The translations under genes and the position numbers were made by a program. DNA of 64,000 nucleotides from assembly GCA_964580055.1 (NCBI GenBank), contig CAZOJI010000006.1:6409-70408 (forward strand), written 5' to 3'. Below are positions 20,201 through 29,919 of the stretch, one piece after another. Under the pieces are notes generated by a model. The model saw only the letters and a list, made by a program, of their open reading frames with translations. It was not told the DNA's origin and did no database searches. The first letter of the stretch is position 1, and each line of letters opens with the position of its first letter. The DNA comes from an uncultured Gemmatimonadaceae bacterium. GTDB taxonomy: Bacteria > Gemmatimonadota > Gemmatimonadetes > Gemmatimonadales > GWC2-71-9.

Positions 20201-20386
20201 GTCTTGAACAATACCAGCTACTGCCACAGAACGGCCGCCTCGATAGGGCCCGATGTTGCGCCACTCCATGTCCTGAAACAGCACAGGGTCGACATTCGGC
20301 TCCTGACCGATCAGACCCGGCGCGAACCCTACACTTGAAGCGGCGATGAATGCGGACAACACGAGAGTACGAGATATTCCTATCAT
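17249..20386 (-). CDS. BNR/Asp-box repeat, sortilin/VPS10-like exported glycoside-hydrolase-like protein
   Basis: At least nine SxDxGxTW Asp-box motifs (TNDGGVTW, STDAGRTW, SSDGGETW, TTDGGDNW, SDDAGKTW, TRDGGANW, TEDYGDSW ...). Signal peptide MIGISRTLVLSAFIAASSVG. Confidence 0.85.
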   Translation of the reverse strand: MIGISRTLVLSAFIAASSVGFAPGLIGQEPNVDPVLFQDMEWRNIGPYRGGRSVAVAGIVQDHLTYYFGGVGSGVWKTNDGGVTWVNVSDSTFGTSSVGAIAIAESDQNVVYVGMGEHPIRGVMTSHGDGVYRSTDAGRTWRHMGLDRTRHISDVVVHPANPDLVYVAAQGAAYGPSEDRGVYRSSDGGETWEKVLYVDDTSGPSSLSMDRNNPRVLYAAIWDHRRYPWKVRSGGPGSGIYKTTDGGDNWEQVNEGLPDLMGDIGVAVSARSDRVYAIVEADPGGGLYRSDDAGKTWRRLNESWSLRARAWYYTHITADPSNPDVVWIMNAPVSKSIDGGKTFTRVRTPHGDNHDLWINPTNSDYMINANDGGANISLNGGITWSAQDNQPTAQFYRVNTDNRFPYYVYGGQQDNSSVAIVSQTSGRGIGWKDWYATAGCETAYVAFDPDNPVLQYGGCYMGQISEFNERTHAERNVMAYPHIPVALASRDMKYRFNWNAPIIASQHDPSVIYHASNVLLKTEDRGESWMEVSPDLTRDEDEKQGPGGGPITNEGAGGEIYGTIYYVAESPHDPGTIWTGSDDGLVHVTRDGGANWENATPEDVGEAIINAIEVSPHDPAAAYIAVTRYKSNDFTPLFYRTEDYGDSWELIVEGIADEAWARVVREDPVRRGLLYAGTEAGAYVSWDDGNHWQSLQLNMPLTPITDLRVQEQHNDLVAATSGRAFWILDDLSPLQQLDEEVANEAMYLFEPLAAYRVAGGGGSNAPGAAVGENPPNGAIVDFQILELSDTLPVMLEFLDSAGEIVRTFSSEIANDETDSAAVVEIEEGHNRFAWDLRHEAVKEIPGYYVWGTLRGQRVVPGSYQVRLSVGDETRTRSLEVLADPRVDAPLSRYYEQNDLLERLSSELEDINEGVLRIRAVREQVEALADRLKDTDGRDTILTSGEALVKDLTAMEDSLIQKRTVDGQTVINFPSRLDLQYTYLRGVVDGAEGRVTEGAHQLYRDLSAKWSALKAELEDLLGPQLQEFNSLVRERGGPAVVLPEEG

Positions 20387-20715
20387 GGTTCTTCTCGACT
20401 GTTTGAGGACATGAAAGAGACGCTGCGAATATGGTCGCCGAAGCGACAACTCGGAAGGGGCGCGCGAAGGCCACTTGCCCGCGGTGCTCGCCGAGGCAGA
20501 TCCCGTTTCGGCCGCGGTCCTACCGTTCGCCCACGGCGCCACAGGGATTCAACTCGCTTTCCGAGTACACCGACCGACGCGGCAGTCCGAGGGCTCTCAT
20601 GAGGAGCGGAAGCTCATCAGCGAGATACGCGACAGGATCGAAATAGTGGACTCAAATGATGCAGAAGCGATGGTGAAGGGGCTCTATGAGCAATGCCATC
20701 CCGAAAACATGTGGA

Positions 20716-23115
20716 TCAGGACAACTTCTTCTGCACCAATTCCTTGACCACAGCCGGGCTCGCCCTGCCTTGGCTCTCACGCATGACCTGCCCCACGAAA
20801 TAGTCGAAGAGCCCTACGCTGCCTTCGCGATATTCGCTCACTTTCTGATCGTTTTCCGCCAGCACCTTTTCGACTAGAGGTTCGACCGTGGCCGCATCGC
20901 CCAGCTGTTCTAGACCTTTTTCTCTTACGATGCTCTCGGGATCGCCGCCACGCTCGACCATTTCGGCAAAGACTTCCTTTGCGACAGGCCTCGTGACAGC
21001 ACCCTCCTCCACAAGTCGCACCAGCGTACCGAGGTTTGCACCAGTCAATTTCAGTTCGCCAAAAACAGATCCCTTGGCCTCGCGCCGGAAATCGTTGACC
21101 ACCCAATTGGCGATTGCCTTCGGATTGTCGTAGCTGGCGCACGCTTCCTCGAAAAACTCAGCGAGCATCCTGTTGGACGCTATTATCTCGGCGTCGGTGG
21201 GAGACAGATTGAGGCCTTCCGAATACCGCTCGATCTTCCTCAGAAGATCTTGGGTCTTGGGCGCCTCACTTCTGGCCAGTCCCGACGCTGCGCTCGTTCT
21301 CGTTTCCGGTGATTCACCCTTTTTTGTTCCCTGCGTTTTCGGCGTCCCCGAGTCAGGAGATTCATCGACATGGGCCTTTTCACGAGCCACGCCTTCATCC
21401 CTTGCCGATATCCGTCTCCAGGTGTCCCGCAGGGTCACCGTCCGATTGAAAACCAGTCTGTCAGGAGTAGAATCCACCGGATCGCTGCAGAAATACCCGG
21501 TGCGTTCGAACTGATAGCGACTGCCGGGCGAATCGTGAGCCACGGAAGGCTCGACGCGGCTCTCCCCGAGAATCGTCAACGAATTCTCATTGAGGTTCGC
21601 CGTGAAATCTCCCTGACCGTCCACCGCTTCCGGATCGGGCTTCGAAAAAAGCCTGTCATAAAGACGTACTTCAGCCGGAAGCGAATGTGTAACAGAAACC
21701 CAGTGCAGTGTGCCCTTCACTTTCCTGCCATCCGGCGTCCTCCCACCCCGAGAGTCCGGGTCGTGCGTGCAGCGGACCTCGGTCACCTCACCGGTGTGAG
21801 GATCCTTGATCACGTCGACACACTTCACGATATAGGCGTACCTCAATCGCACCTCTCGCCCAGGCGCGAGGCGAAAGAATTTCCCGGGAGGTTCTTCTAG
21901 AAAGTCATCTCTGTCTATGTAGAGCTCCTTCGAGAACGGCACCTTGCGGGATCCCTGTTTCGGCACGTCGTGGGGATAGTAGGGAGCATCCAGTTCCTCG
22001 ACCTGATCTTCCGGGTAGTCTTCGATGACGACCTTGAGCGGACGCAGCACGCACATGACTCGGGGTACCTTCATGTTGAGGTCATCGCGGATCGCGTGCT
22101 CGAGCTTCTCGATGTCGACTCTGCTGTCGACTTTGGCCACACCTATTGTATCGCAGAACGTACGTATTGCCTCTGGAGTGACGCCGCGCCGGCTGAAGCC
22201 AGCTATTGTCGGCATCCGCGGATCATCCCACCCGGCGACGTGTCCCTCTCTCACCAACTGTACCAGCTTTCTCTTGCTGACGACCGTGTATTCCAGGTTG
22301 AGCCGAGCAAACTCTGTCTGCTTGGGCGGCGTCTCGAACCCCACAGCATTCACCAGCCAATCGTAGATCTCGCGGTTGTCCTTGAACTCGAGGGTGCACA
22401 GCGAGTGCGTGATGCCCTCTATGGCGTCAGACAGGCAGTGAGTGAAGTCGTAGAGCGGATAGATGCACCAGTCGTTTCCGGTCCGGTAGTGTTCGGCGTG
22501 GCGGATTCTGTAGAGCACCGGGTCGCGCATCTGCATATTGCGGGAAGCCATGTCGACCTTGGCACGCAGAACGTGTGCTCCATTCCCGAACTCGCCGGCA
22601 CGCATCCGCTCGAACAGGTCGAGATTCTCGTCGACCGACCGATCGCGGTAGGGGCTTTCCCTACCCGGCGATGTAACCGTGCCACGGTACTCGCGGATCT
22701 TCTCCTCGGTCAGGCTGTCTACGTAAGCTTTGCCGTCCCTGATCAACTTGATCGCGAATCCGTAGAGCTGCTCGAAGTAGTCCGAAGCGAAGTAGAGTCG
22801 ATCTCCCCAATCGAAGCCCAGCCACCTCACGTCGCTCTTGATCGACTCGACGTACTTCATCTCCTCGGTCTCGGGGTTGGTGTCGTCGAACCGGAGATTG
22901 CAGGTGCCGCCGGGGTTCTCCAGCGCGATTCCGAAGTTGAGACATATCGACTTGGCATGTCCGATGTGGAGATACCCGTTAGGCTCGGGAGGAAACCGAG
23001 TGGCAACTCTTCCACCGTGCTTGTTGGTTCGCAGATCCGCCGCGATCATGGCGCGGATGAAGTCGACGGGTTTGGAATCCGTGGTCTTTGGGTTTCGTTC
23101 GTCAGGCCGTTTCAT
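20716..23115 (-). CDS. glnS: glutamine--tRNA ligase fused to a C-terminal GatB/YqeY domain
   Basis: Class I HIGH motif ([14 protein letters not shown]) and KMSKS-like VVSKRKL. GlnRS-type anticodon-binding region, then a low-complexity linker and a GatB_YqeY-like tail (..IANWVVNDF...[16 protein letters not shown]...[22 protein letters not shown]). Confidence 0.9.
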   Translation of the reverse strand: MKRPDERNPKTTDSKPVDFIRAMIAADLRTNKHGGRVATRFPPEPNGYLHIGHAKSICLNFGIALENPGGTCNLRFDDTNPETEEMKYVESIKSDVRWLGFDWGDRLYFASDYFEQLYGFAIKLIRDGKAYVDSLTEEKIREYRGTVTSPGRESPYRDRSVDENLDLFERMRAGEFGNGAHVLRAKVDMASRNMQMRDPVLYRIRHAEHYRTGNDWCIYPLYDFTHCLSDAIEGITHSLCTLEFKDNREIYDWLVNAVGFETPPKQTEFARLNLEYTVVSKRKLVQLVREGHVAGWDDPRMPTIAGFSRRGVTPEAIRTFCDTIGVAKVDSRVDIEKLEHAIRDDLNMKVPRVMCVLRPLKVVIEDYPEDQVEELDAPYYPHDVPKQGSRKVPFSKELYIDRDDFLEEPPGKFFRLAPGREVRLRYAYIVKCVDVIKDPHTGEVTEVRCTHDPDSRGGRTPDGRKVKGTLHWVSVTHSLPAEVRLYDRLFSKPDPEAVDGQGDFTANLNENSLTILGESRVEPSVAHDSPGSRYQFERTGYFCSDPVDSTPDRLVFNRTVTLRDTWRRISARDEGVAREKAHVDESPDSGTPKTQGTKKGESPETRTSAASGLARSEAPKTQDLLRKIERYSEGLNLSPTDAEIIASNRMLAEFFEEACASYDNPKAIANWVVNDFRREAKGSVFGELKLTGANLGTLVRLVEEGAVTRPVAKEVFAEMVERGGDPESIVREKGLEQLGDAATVEPLVEKVLAENDQKVSEYREGSVGLFDYFVGQVMRESQGRASPAVVKELVQKKLS

Positions 23116-23369
23116 TATTTGAGAATAGTAGAGAAGGCGGCGCCGTAGAACCAGGGGAGAGCGCCTGACACATACCACCCGGTATTCGACACCTGGCATC
23201 CGGGAGACCTCGAGCCAACGAAGCCCGGAATCGAGGGTTCGGTGGGCGCAGTGAGGCTCGTGCCAGGCCCTTGAGGTTCCCCCGATTCAGTGGACAGGTG
23301 AGTAGTGAGTAGTGATCGAAGTTCTCCCCAAACATCGCCGCCAGCTTGTCAACTCGTGATCCGTTGATT

Positions 23370-23702
23370 CTAATCTGCGACGAGAACCTCGAGCGCACGC
23401 TCAATTCTGCCAAACGGAGCGCTGATTTGAGCGCCCTGGATGCTGCCCCTGAATGTCGCCAGGGTCTCCCGAGCGATGGTTATGCCCTCTGCCAGGGCCG
23501 CTTCGTTACCAGATTCCTGCGCTCGCCGCATGCGCTCCATCACATGTTCCGGGATCTTCACTCCGGGCACCTCGTTGGCGAGGAACTCGGCGTTGCGCAA
23601 AGAAACGAGCGGCCAAATCCCCATGACTATAGGCGTTTGAAAGCTCTCAACATCATGCAGGAAATCGGCAAACTGCCCGGTAGTGGAGCCTGTTCCACTC
23701 AT
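23370..23702 (-). pseudogene. C-terminal fragment (about 110 of 290 aa) of methylenetetrahydrofolate reductase
   Basis: ..PIVMGIWPLVSLRNAEFLANEVPGVKIPEHVMERMRRAQ... matches the last third of MetF/MTHFR. An in-frame stop lies 4 codons upstream of the ATG, and the next gene starts 41 bp away, so the N-terminal two thirds are absent. Confidence 0.6.
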
Positions 23703-23743
23703 AACCGTCGTGATCTACACGACTGCGATTCGGGTGAGGATAC

Positions 23744-24289
23744 ATGAATCACCGTCTTTTCCCCACATTTTGCTCCGCGTGTGCCGTTTTGACTGCATCC
23801 GCTGAAGCTGCCAACGCCCAGACTCAGACCCGCCAACTGACGCTGGGTACACCAATAGTACGAGAACTGACGGCAGCGGAGAGGCACGCCTACGCCGTCA
23901 GTGTCGACTCCGGTCAGTTCGTCCTCGTTACGGTACAGCAACAAGGAATCGATGTTTACGTCAGCCTACTCGACCGCAGGGGCAATGTAGTTGCCACCGG
24001 GAGGGATCGAAGCGGCCGAAACGGCCGAAACGGCCTCGACTCCGTCTCGCTGTTCTCGGATTACTCAGGTTGGCACTGGGTAGCCGTCCTGCCGAGGACT
24101 GAAACGAATGATAAGGCACCTGCTTCACCACACGAGTGGATTGCGCGACCAGTGGGACCTGTTGACGATGGCGGGGTGGCGCATGGACGATGTGATTACG
24201 GCCGATCAGATCCTGCGCCTCGTCGAACGACCCGGCACCTTCTTGGCGGAAGAGTGCGACGCGTGCTCTTCGAGTTAGTCGAGAGGTAA
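23744..24289 (+). pseudogene. decayed serine hydrolase (beta-lactamase family): N-terminal PPC-like domain plus frame-shifted core fragment
   Basis: Frame 1 gives a signal peptide plus QLTLGTPIVRELTAAERHAYAVSVDSGQFVLVTVQQQGIDVYVSLLDRRGNVV.., then nonsense-like sequence. A second frame (24108-24278) gives IRHLLHHTSGLRDQWDLLTMAGWRMDDVITADQILRLVERP, typical of class C beta-lactamase-like hydrolases. The SxxK region is absent. Confidence 0.5.
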
Positions 24290-24405
24290 AGACTATCGAG
24301 GTGGTGATGGCCGAAGCAGAAGAGTGGCGGATGTTTTGGCAACTCGGGCAGTACTCTTGACGAATGCGCAAAGAGTGTGGAGAATGCTCAACTCGACCTC
24401 GTGAA

Positions 24406-25035
24406 ATGGAGACACACGTGACACACAAATGGATGGGTTCAATCGCGTTGGGTTCACTCCTGCTCGCTGCCGCATGCGGCGGAGACGAAACCAGAGAGCC
24501 TGAGGCGGCGGGAGAAGCAGAGGCTTTGGAACCAGCTTCTACTGACTGCAGTGGTGGTACATCGAACAACGTCGTCATCTCAACCAATATGGGCGATATC
24601 ACGATCGAGCTTTATCCGGAGCAGGCTCCGACCACAGTTGCCAATTTCATCGATTACGTAGAATCCTGTTTCTACGACGGCACCATCATTCATCGTGTCG
24701 TTCCCGGATTTGTGCTTCAGGGCGGCGGTTACAGCACTGAGATACAACGCAAGGAAACCCGGGCTCCGATCGAGAACGAGGCTGACAACGGTCTGCTGAA
24801 CGAGCGCGGCACACTCTCAATGGCACGCACAGCCGGCATCAACTCCGCGACGTCGCAGTTCTTCATCAACCTGGAGGACAACACTATTCTGGACCATGGC
24901 GTGCGCGACTTCGGGTATGCCGTCTTCGCGCGCGTTACGGACGGAATGGATGTTGTAGACCGGATAGCGCAAGTGCCAACGAGAGGCGAACAGCCGGAGA
25001 ACCCTGTGATAATCACCTCGGCCCGTCGACAGTAG
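24406..25035 (+). CDS. cyclophilin-type peptidyl-prolyl cis-trans isomerase, lipoprotein
   Basis: [13 protein letters not shown] and [20 protein letters not shown] motifs. Lipobox LLLAAACGG. An ATG at 24433 is an alternative start. Confidence 0.85.
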   Translation: METHVTHKWMGSIALGSLLLAAACGGDETREPEAAGEAEALEPASTDCSGGTSNNVVISTNMGDITIELYPEQAPTTVANFIDYVESCFYDGTIIHRVVPGFVLQGGGYSTEIQRKETRAPIENEADNGLLNERGTLSMARTAGINSATSQFFINLEDNTILDHGVRDFGYAVFARVTDGMDVVDRIAQVPTRGEQPENPVIITSARRQ

Positions 25036-25050
25036 TTGCCGATGCCGAAG

Positions 25051-25070
25051 CGCCCGCTCGAGAGCGGGCG
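25051..25070 (+). terminator. short GC hairpin downstream of the PPIase gene
   Basis: CGCCCGC-tcgaga-GCGGGCG lies 16 nt after the stop. No U tract. Confidence 0.4.
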
Positions 25071-25216
25071 TCCCAAAGTCACGAGAAGATGGAGTTCAAT
25101 GCGGCAATTGCCGCGGCGGCATCTTATCGTGTTAGCTTGTCTCTTCTGATACTCGCCGTAATCGTCGGCGCAAGATTCAGGCGTCTGTCGAACCGTACAG
25201 GTCAAATGGAGATTGG

Positions 25217-27457
25217 ATGAAGCCGGTTAGTACGAGGAAGCGTCCGGGGGCGTTTCCTCTTGTTGGCATAGTAGCGGCTCTATTCACCACAGGCATTTCC
25301 GCTCAGGGGCAGGAGCCGTTGCCGCTGTACCGGCTTTCCGAGCCCATCGTGTTCGACGGCGCCGTCAATGAACCAGCGTGGGAGGCGGTGCCGACCCTGC
25401 CGCTCACTGTCTACCAACCCACCTACGGAGGTGAGGCGACAGAACGAACCGAAATCAGAGTGGCCTACGATGATGACTATCTGTACATCGCCGGTCGGCT
25501 TTACGATTCGAGTTCGGACGGAGGAAATGTAAAGACTCTGTATCGGGATCGTTACAGCGGCGACGACGTGTTTGGTATCGTCCTCGACAGCTTCAATGAC
25601 CGCGAGACGGCGGTCTGGTTCACGGTGAATCCCGCTGGAGTAAGAGCAGACCGTAGTATCTCGAACGACGGTGAGTCCAACAACGACATGCCGATGAACA
25701 GCGACTGGAACACTTTCTGGGACGCGGCTACACTGCGTAATCACCAAGGTTGGTTCGCCGAAATGCGGATCCCCTTCTCGAGTCTGGGCTTTCAGGATGA
25801 AGACGGTCACGTCGAAATGGGGTTGGGTGCGTACCGACTGATTTCCGCCAGGAACGAAAGACACATCTTCCCCGATGTTCCTCCCAACTGGGGCTTTCTC
25901 AGTTTTGCGAAACCGTCCAAGATCCAACGCGTCACGCTGGATGGAGTGCGCAGCCGCTCGCCTGTCTACCTCACTCCCTACGTTCTCGGCGGTTTCAACC
26001 GCGAGGCAGAGCTGGACACGATCACCCAATCGTACGGGTTCGGACATGATGCCACGCGAGAGATAGGACTCGATCTCAAGTACAGCATCACTGACAACCT
26101 GACGGTCGACCTCACCGCGAACACGGACTTCGCTCAGGTCGAAGTCGACGATCAGCAGGTCAACCTGACTCGGTTTTCGCTCTTCTTTCCCGAAAAGCGG
26201 CAGTTCTTTCAGGAACGCGCAGCTATTTTCGACTTCGGTACCGGTGGCTTCAGCAGGCTATTCAACAGCCGCAGAATTGGCTTGAGCGACGGACGCCCCG
26301 TTCCGATCATCGGCGGAGCTAGACTGACAGGGAGGATCGGCAGTACTGACATTGGTGTCCTGAACATGCAAACTGCCCGCTCGGACTCTCTGCTTTCAGA
26401 AAACTATGGAGTGGTCAGGCTCAAGAAACGCATTCTAAACGCCTATTCGACCATTGGAAGCATGTTGACCACTAGGATGAACGAAGAGGGCAAATACAAC
26501 GCGGCCTTCGGAGCAGATGGAGTAATCAGAGCTTTCGGAGACGACTATCTCACGGTCAAGTGGGCATCGACCTTTGACACTGACGATCCCGGCGACGCCC
26601 GAGTTATGGATCGCAGTCGCGTGCTATTTCGATGGGAACGGCGCAGGCAGAATGGCATAAGCTACGCGGCCGACTATGTTCGCTCCGGCGGAGACTACGA
26701 ACCTGGCATCGGGTTCCAAATGCGCCGCGATTTCACTTTTTTCAACGGCAACCTGCAACACATCTGGCTGCTCGGTGAAACGTCTCCATTTCACAGCATT
26801 TCCGTAGGATCAAACGCACTCACGTACGTTCGTAACGGTGATAACACGGTGGAAACGGGCCTTATCGAACCCACCCTCGAGATCGAGTTCAAGAACAACG
26901 CGCGCCTGGAACTCACGGGACAACATAGCTACGAGAGTGTGCGCGATGCCTTCGGCCTGTCCGACGGAACGGAGGTGCCCGCGGGCGACTACAGCTTCCA
27001 CGGCAGCAAGGTGCGCTTTCAGGCATCCCGTGCAAACACCTTCCGCCCCACCTTCACCGTGTCTGCGGGCAGTTTTTACGATGGCTGGAACGCGGCCCTG
27101 CATGCCGAACCCGCGTGGAATCTCTCCAGTCACTTCGAGTTCAGTGCCGTTTATCAACTCAATTTGATTCGGTTCCCGGATCGCAACCAGGCACTCAACG
27201 CCCACCTGGCGAGGTTGCGGGCCGACATTGCGATGGACACGCACTTATCGCTCAGCGTATTCCTGCAGTACAACAACACGGAGAACGTTGCCAGCGTGAA
27301 CGCGAGGCTACGCTATCATTTTCGAGAGGGTAACGATCTGTGGGTGGTTTACGATGAGGGTATGAACACCGCGCGGGACGGTATTATCGGCGCGAGGCCG
27401 CCTCTTTCGCAGAATCGCGCCTTGCTAGTCAAGTACACCCATACCTTGGTGAAGTAG
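25217..27457 (+). CDS. DUF5916 / CBM9-like domain exported protein (paralog 1)
   Basis: Signal peptide. N-terminal CBM9/DOMON-like segment (FDGAVNEPAWEAVP...IRVAYDDDYLYIAGRLYD), then a long beta-rich region with VDDQQVNLTRFSLFFPEKRQFFQE, shared with the CDS at 40611-43178. Confidence 0.8.
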   Translation: MKPVSTRKRPGAFPLVGIVAALFTTGISAQGQEPLPLYRLSEPIVFDGAVNEPAWEAVPTLPLTVYQPTYGGEATERTEIRVAYDDDYLYIAGRLYDSSSDGGNVKTLYRDRYSGDDVFGIVLDSFNDRETAVWFTVNPAGVRADRSISNDGESNNDMPMNSDWNTFWDAATLRNHQGWFAEMRIPFSSLGFQDEDGHVEMGLGAYRLISARNERHIFPDVPPNWGFLSFAKPSKIQRVTLDGVRSRSPVYLTPYVLGGFNREAELDTITQSYGFGHDATREIGLDLKYSITDNLTVDLTANTDFAQVEVDDQQVNLTRFSLFFPEKRQFFQERAAIFDFGTGGFSRLFNSRRIGLSDGRPVPIIGGARLTGRIGSTDIGVLNMQTARSDSLLSENYGVVRLKKRILNAYSTIGSMLTTRMNEEGKYNAAFGADGVIRAFGDDYLTVKWASTFDTDDPGDARVMDRSRVLFRWERRRQNGISYAADYVRSGGDYEPGIGFQMRRDFTFFNGNLQHIWLLGETSPFHSISVGSNALTYVRNGDNTVETGLIEPTLEIEFKNNARLELTGQHSYESVRDAFGLSDGTEVPAGDYSFHGSKVRFQASRANTFRPTFTVSAGSFYDGWNAALHAEPAWNLSSHFEFSAVYQLNLIRFPDRNQALNAHLARLRADIAMDTHLSLSVFLQYNNTENVASVNARLRYHFREGNDLWVVYDEGMNTARDGIIGARPPLSQNRALLVKYTHTLVK

Positions 27458-27486
27458 ACGCGGGCATATCGTTCTGGCCCACCAGT

Positions 27487-28377
27487 TCAGTTGCTTCCTC
27501 CGTGTTCTCTAACTCGTCCCAGCACGATAGTGATGTTGTCGGTTCCACCATCTTCAAGCGCATCGTTCAAGAGCGCCTTACAGGCCTGTTTGGCCGAGGT
27601 CATCGTGCGCAACCTCTCGGCAATCTGCTCGTCGCTCACGTGTTTGGTGAGGCCGTCGCTGCAAAGAAGCCCCACGCCCGTCCATGCCTGGTCCACGCGA
27701 GTAACCACTGGAGCGGCTTGGGTACCGCCGATGGCGCTCGAGAGAACATGCGCCCAGTGGCTGTTCTCGGCATCAGATCGCGTCAGGACCCCTTGGTCAA
27801 CGAGCTCTTGCGCCATTGTCTGATCGCGGGAGATCTGGGTCAACCTGTCATTTCCGTATATGTAGCAACGACTGTCCCCAACCTGTAGCAAGTACGAATG
27901 CGGCCACGCGCCAATCCACAGCGTCAGGGTCGTGGCCATTCGTCGACGCTCGGGATCGGCTTCAGCCATCTCAACCACGCGAGCGTGTCCCTGCATCGCC
28001 GCCTCTTCCAGGGCGTCGAAGAAAGCCTGCTCGTTGGTGGCATCGGCCGTATAGTAGCAGCGCATCGTGTGCGCCACGTACTGGGACACCTCTTCCAGTG
28101 CAAGCCTGCTCGCCTCTCCTCCTCCCGCGCCCGATCCCACGCCGTCCGCGACCATCGCAAAATGCGCCACACGTTCACCCTCCAATGGGAGTTGGTCCAC
28201 ATTCGGCAGACTGGTGAAGTGTACCTCCATATGCTTGCGGAGAGAGCAGATAAGAAAATGATCCTGGTTCGTCTCGCGAACCGTACCAGTATCCGTGAGC
28301 CCAAAGAACTCCCAATCCATGGCCGTACGTCTCTCGGCCAGTGCCTCGGAGTCCATGGGTAAATCGGGCGATGTCAT
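27487..28377 (-). CDS. PP2C-family Ser/Thr protein phosphatase
   Basis: FGLTDTGTVRETNQDHF, MVADGVGSGAGG, LLCSDGLT and GGTDNITIVL motifs. AAGGAGA RBS 6 nt upstream of the ATG at 28375-28377. Confidence 0.85.
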   Translation of the reverse strand: MTSPDLPMDSEALAERRTAMDWEFFGLTDTGTVRETNQDHFLICSLRKHMEVHFTSLPNVDQLPLEGERVAHFAMVADGVGSGAGGGEASRLALEEVSQYVAHTMRCYYTADATNEQAFFDALEEAAMQGHARVVEMAEADPERRRMATTLTLWIGAWPHSYLLQVGDSRCYIYGNDRLTQISRDQTMAQELVDQGVLTRSDAENSHWAHVLSSAIGGTQAAPVVTRVDQAWTGVGLLCSDGLTKHVSDEQIAERLRTMTSAKQACKALLNDALEDGGTDNITIVLGRVREHGGSN

Positions 28378-28930
28378 GAGCCGTCTCCTTTCTCTTCGGT
28401 TCGTGACACCTTCTCTTCCGCCGGCCGATTCGGCGCTCGTCACATCAGGAAAAACTGTATGCGTTACGTGTGATGCGCCAGAGGGCACGACCGAGCCACA
28501 CATCTTGAAACTACGGAAATACTATTTGCCTTGTCATTGTCAATTGATGGAAGGACGGGAGCAAATGGCAAGAGGCACACATCTTGGTGAAGCCGAACAG
28601 TCGATACTCGTTGATCCGGTCTCGGTGCTTCTTGCGGAGTAAATGGGATAGATGGCTGATCAGCATTACTACGCCCGGCACCTTTGTCTCCGCAACGACC
28701 TCGACGACATCCTGGGAGCGGCGACGCTTGCAGCGGCCGTCTACCGAGTTTTCGACAATACCAATTCCACCACGACCCCGCAGTTTCTCCGGTCGTTCCC
28801 AGGCGATCGGTAGGTCCGCGAAGCGATGAGGAATCGAGTCTTGCAGAGCCTCGAGTACTGCTGCACTTTGTAGCTGAAGTAATCGCAACTGGGGAGGACC
28901 CGCTCTACCCCATTTCCTTGAGGTGCCGTC

Positions 28931-29899
28931 ATGAAACCGAGAATAGCGCTGGCAACGCTGTTGTGCGGCACAATGCCGCTAGCCGGATGTGGTGAAGCAG
29001 AACTCGAATCCAACGTAGTCCAGCCATCCCATTGGTGGCGCGTGCACCCGCGTCCGGTATACGACTCTCTGGAACAAGTGGGAACCTATCAGGAATGGTT
29101 TCACGTGTATCGGCTCGGCGAAGGAACGTATGCCATCTACGAGCCGAACCAGTTCGAGGAAGCACTGTGTTATCTGGTCGAAGGTGAGGAACGTGCCGTT
29201 CTGATCGATGCTGGAACGGGAATCGGCGACATCACACAGGTGTTGGACGATTTGACCGATCTACCGGTTTCAGTAGTCCTCACGCATGAGCATTACGACC
29301 ATATCGGTCAGGCCTACCGCTTTGACCAGGTTGCGGCCTTCGCGGACTCCGCATCGCTTTGGGTACTGCGTCAAGGACGAGACAACCCATCGCTTCAGCG
29401 TTATCTAGCGGATGACTACCTATGGAAGCCGCTGCCCGACGATTTCGATCCAGCGTCATGGACCATCCCTTCCCTCGTACCGACCGACCTGCTGCGTGAC
29501 GGCGCCACGATCGACCTGGGCGACCGCGAGTTGGAAGTGATCTACACACCCGGTCATTCTCCAGGATCGATATGCCTGCTCGATCGCGACAACCGCATGC
29601 TTTGGACTGGTGACCTGTTCTTCCCGGGACCGCTCTATGCTTTCGGCCCCGATGTTGACTTGGAAGTGTACCTTGCGTCCATCGACCGAATTGCGGCGAT
29701 GGTCGACGAATACGACCACGTACTATCCGGTCACAATGATCCTTGGGTATCCAGTGAGGTAATCCCACGCGTCGCCGACGCATTTCGTACCATCTTGGCG
29801 GGTGGGGGCGAGTACACCGAAGACGCGGAGAGACGAAGGTATCGGTTCCAAGGATTCGACATTATCGTGCGAACCGAGATGCTGGAGGAACGCGGCTGA
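28931..29899 (+). CDS. MBL-fold metallo-hydrolase, lipoprotein
   Basis: HxHxDH motif (LTHEHYDHIG), downstream TPGHSPGS and SGHND. Lipobox MPLAGCGE. Confidence 0.85.
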   Translation: MKPRIALATLLCGTMPLAGCGEAELESNVVQPSHWWRVHPRPVYDSLEQVGTYQEWFHVYRLGEGTYAIYEPNQFEEALCYLVEGEERAVLIDAGTGIGDITQVLDDLTDLPVSVVLTHEHYDHIGQAYRFDQVAAFADSASLWVLRQGRDNPSLQRYLADDYLWKPLPDDFDPASWTIPSLVPTDLLRDGATIDLGDRELEVIYTPGHSPGSICLLDRDNRMLWTGDLFFPGPLYAFGPDVDLEVYLASIDRIAAMVDEYDHVLSGHNDPWVSSEVIPRVADAFRTILAGGGEYTEDAERRRYRFQGFDIIVRTEMLEERG

Positions 29900-29919
29900 T
29901 CGCAGCGTTCCCACTCGGC

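Noticed and set aside
20543-20715. Possible decayed sulfotransferase-like C-terminus (minus-strand ..VHYFDPVAYLADELPLLMRALGLP..)
   Set aside because: The resemblance is vague and requires an assumed frameshift. Not supportable without a database search.
21970-23148. 392-aa plus-strand ORF (similar long antisense ORFs at 18248-19138, 25280-26047, 33197-34261, 43874-45259, 37710-38312, 6700-7422 and 16575-17321)
   Set aside because: All lie opposite CDS with strong family signatures (GlnRS, BNR protein, DUF5916, esterase, AKR/M20, HEAT-PPIase, lipoprotein, response regulator). Their translations have no recognisable motifs. They are high-GC shadow frames.
28511-28888. 125-aa ORF as a functional CDS
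   Set aside because: The DUF559-like resemblance is weak and the catalytic acidic residues are replaced. It is mentioned only as a possible remnant in the findings, not as a feature.
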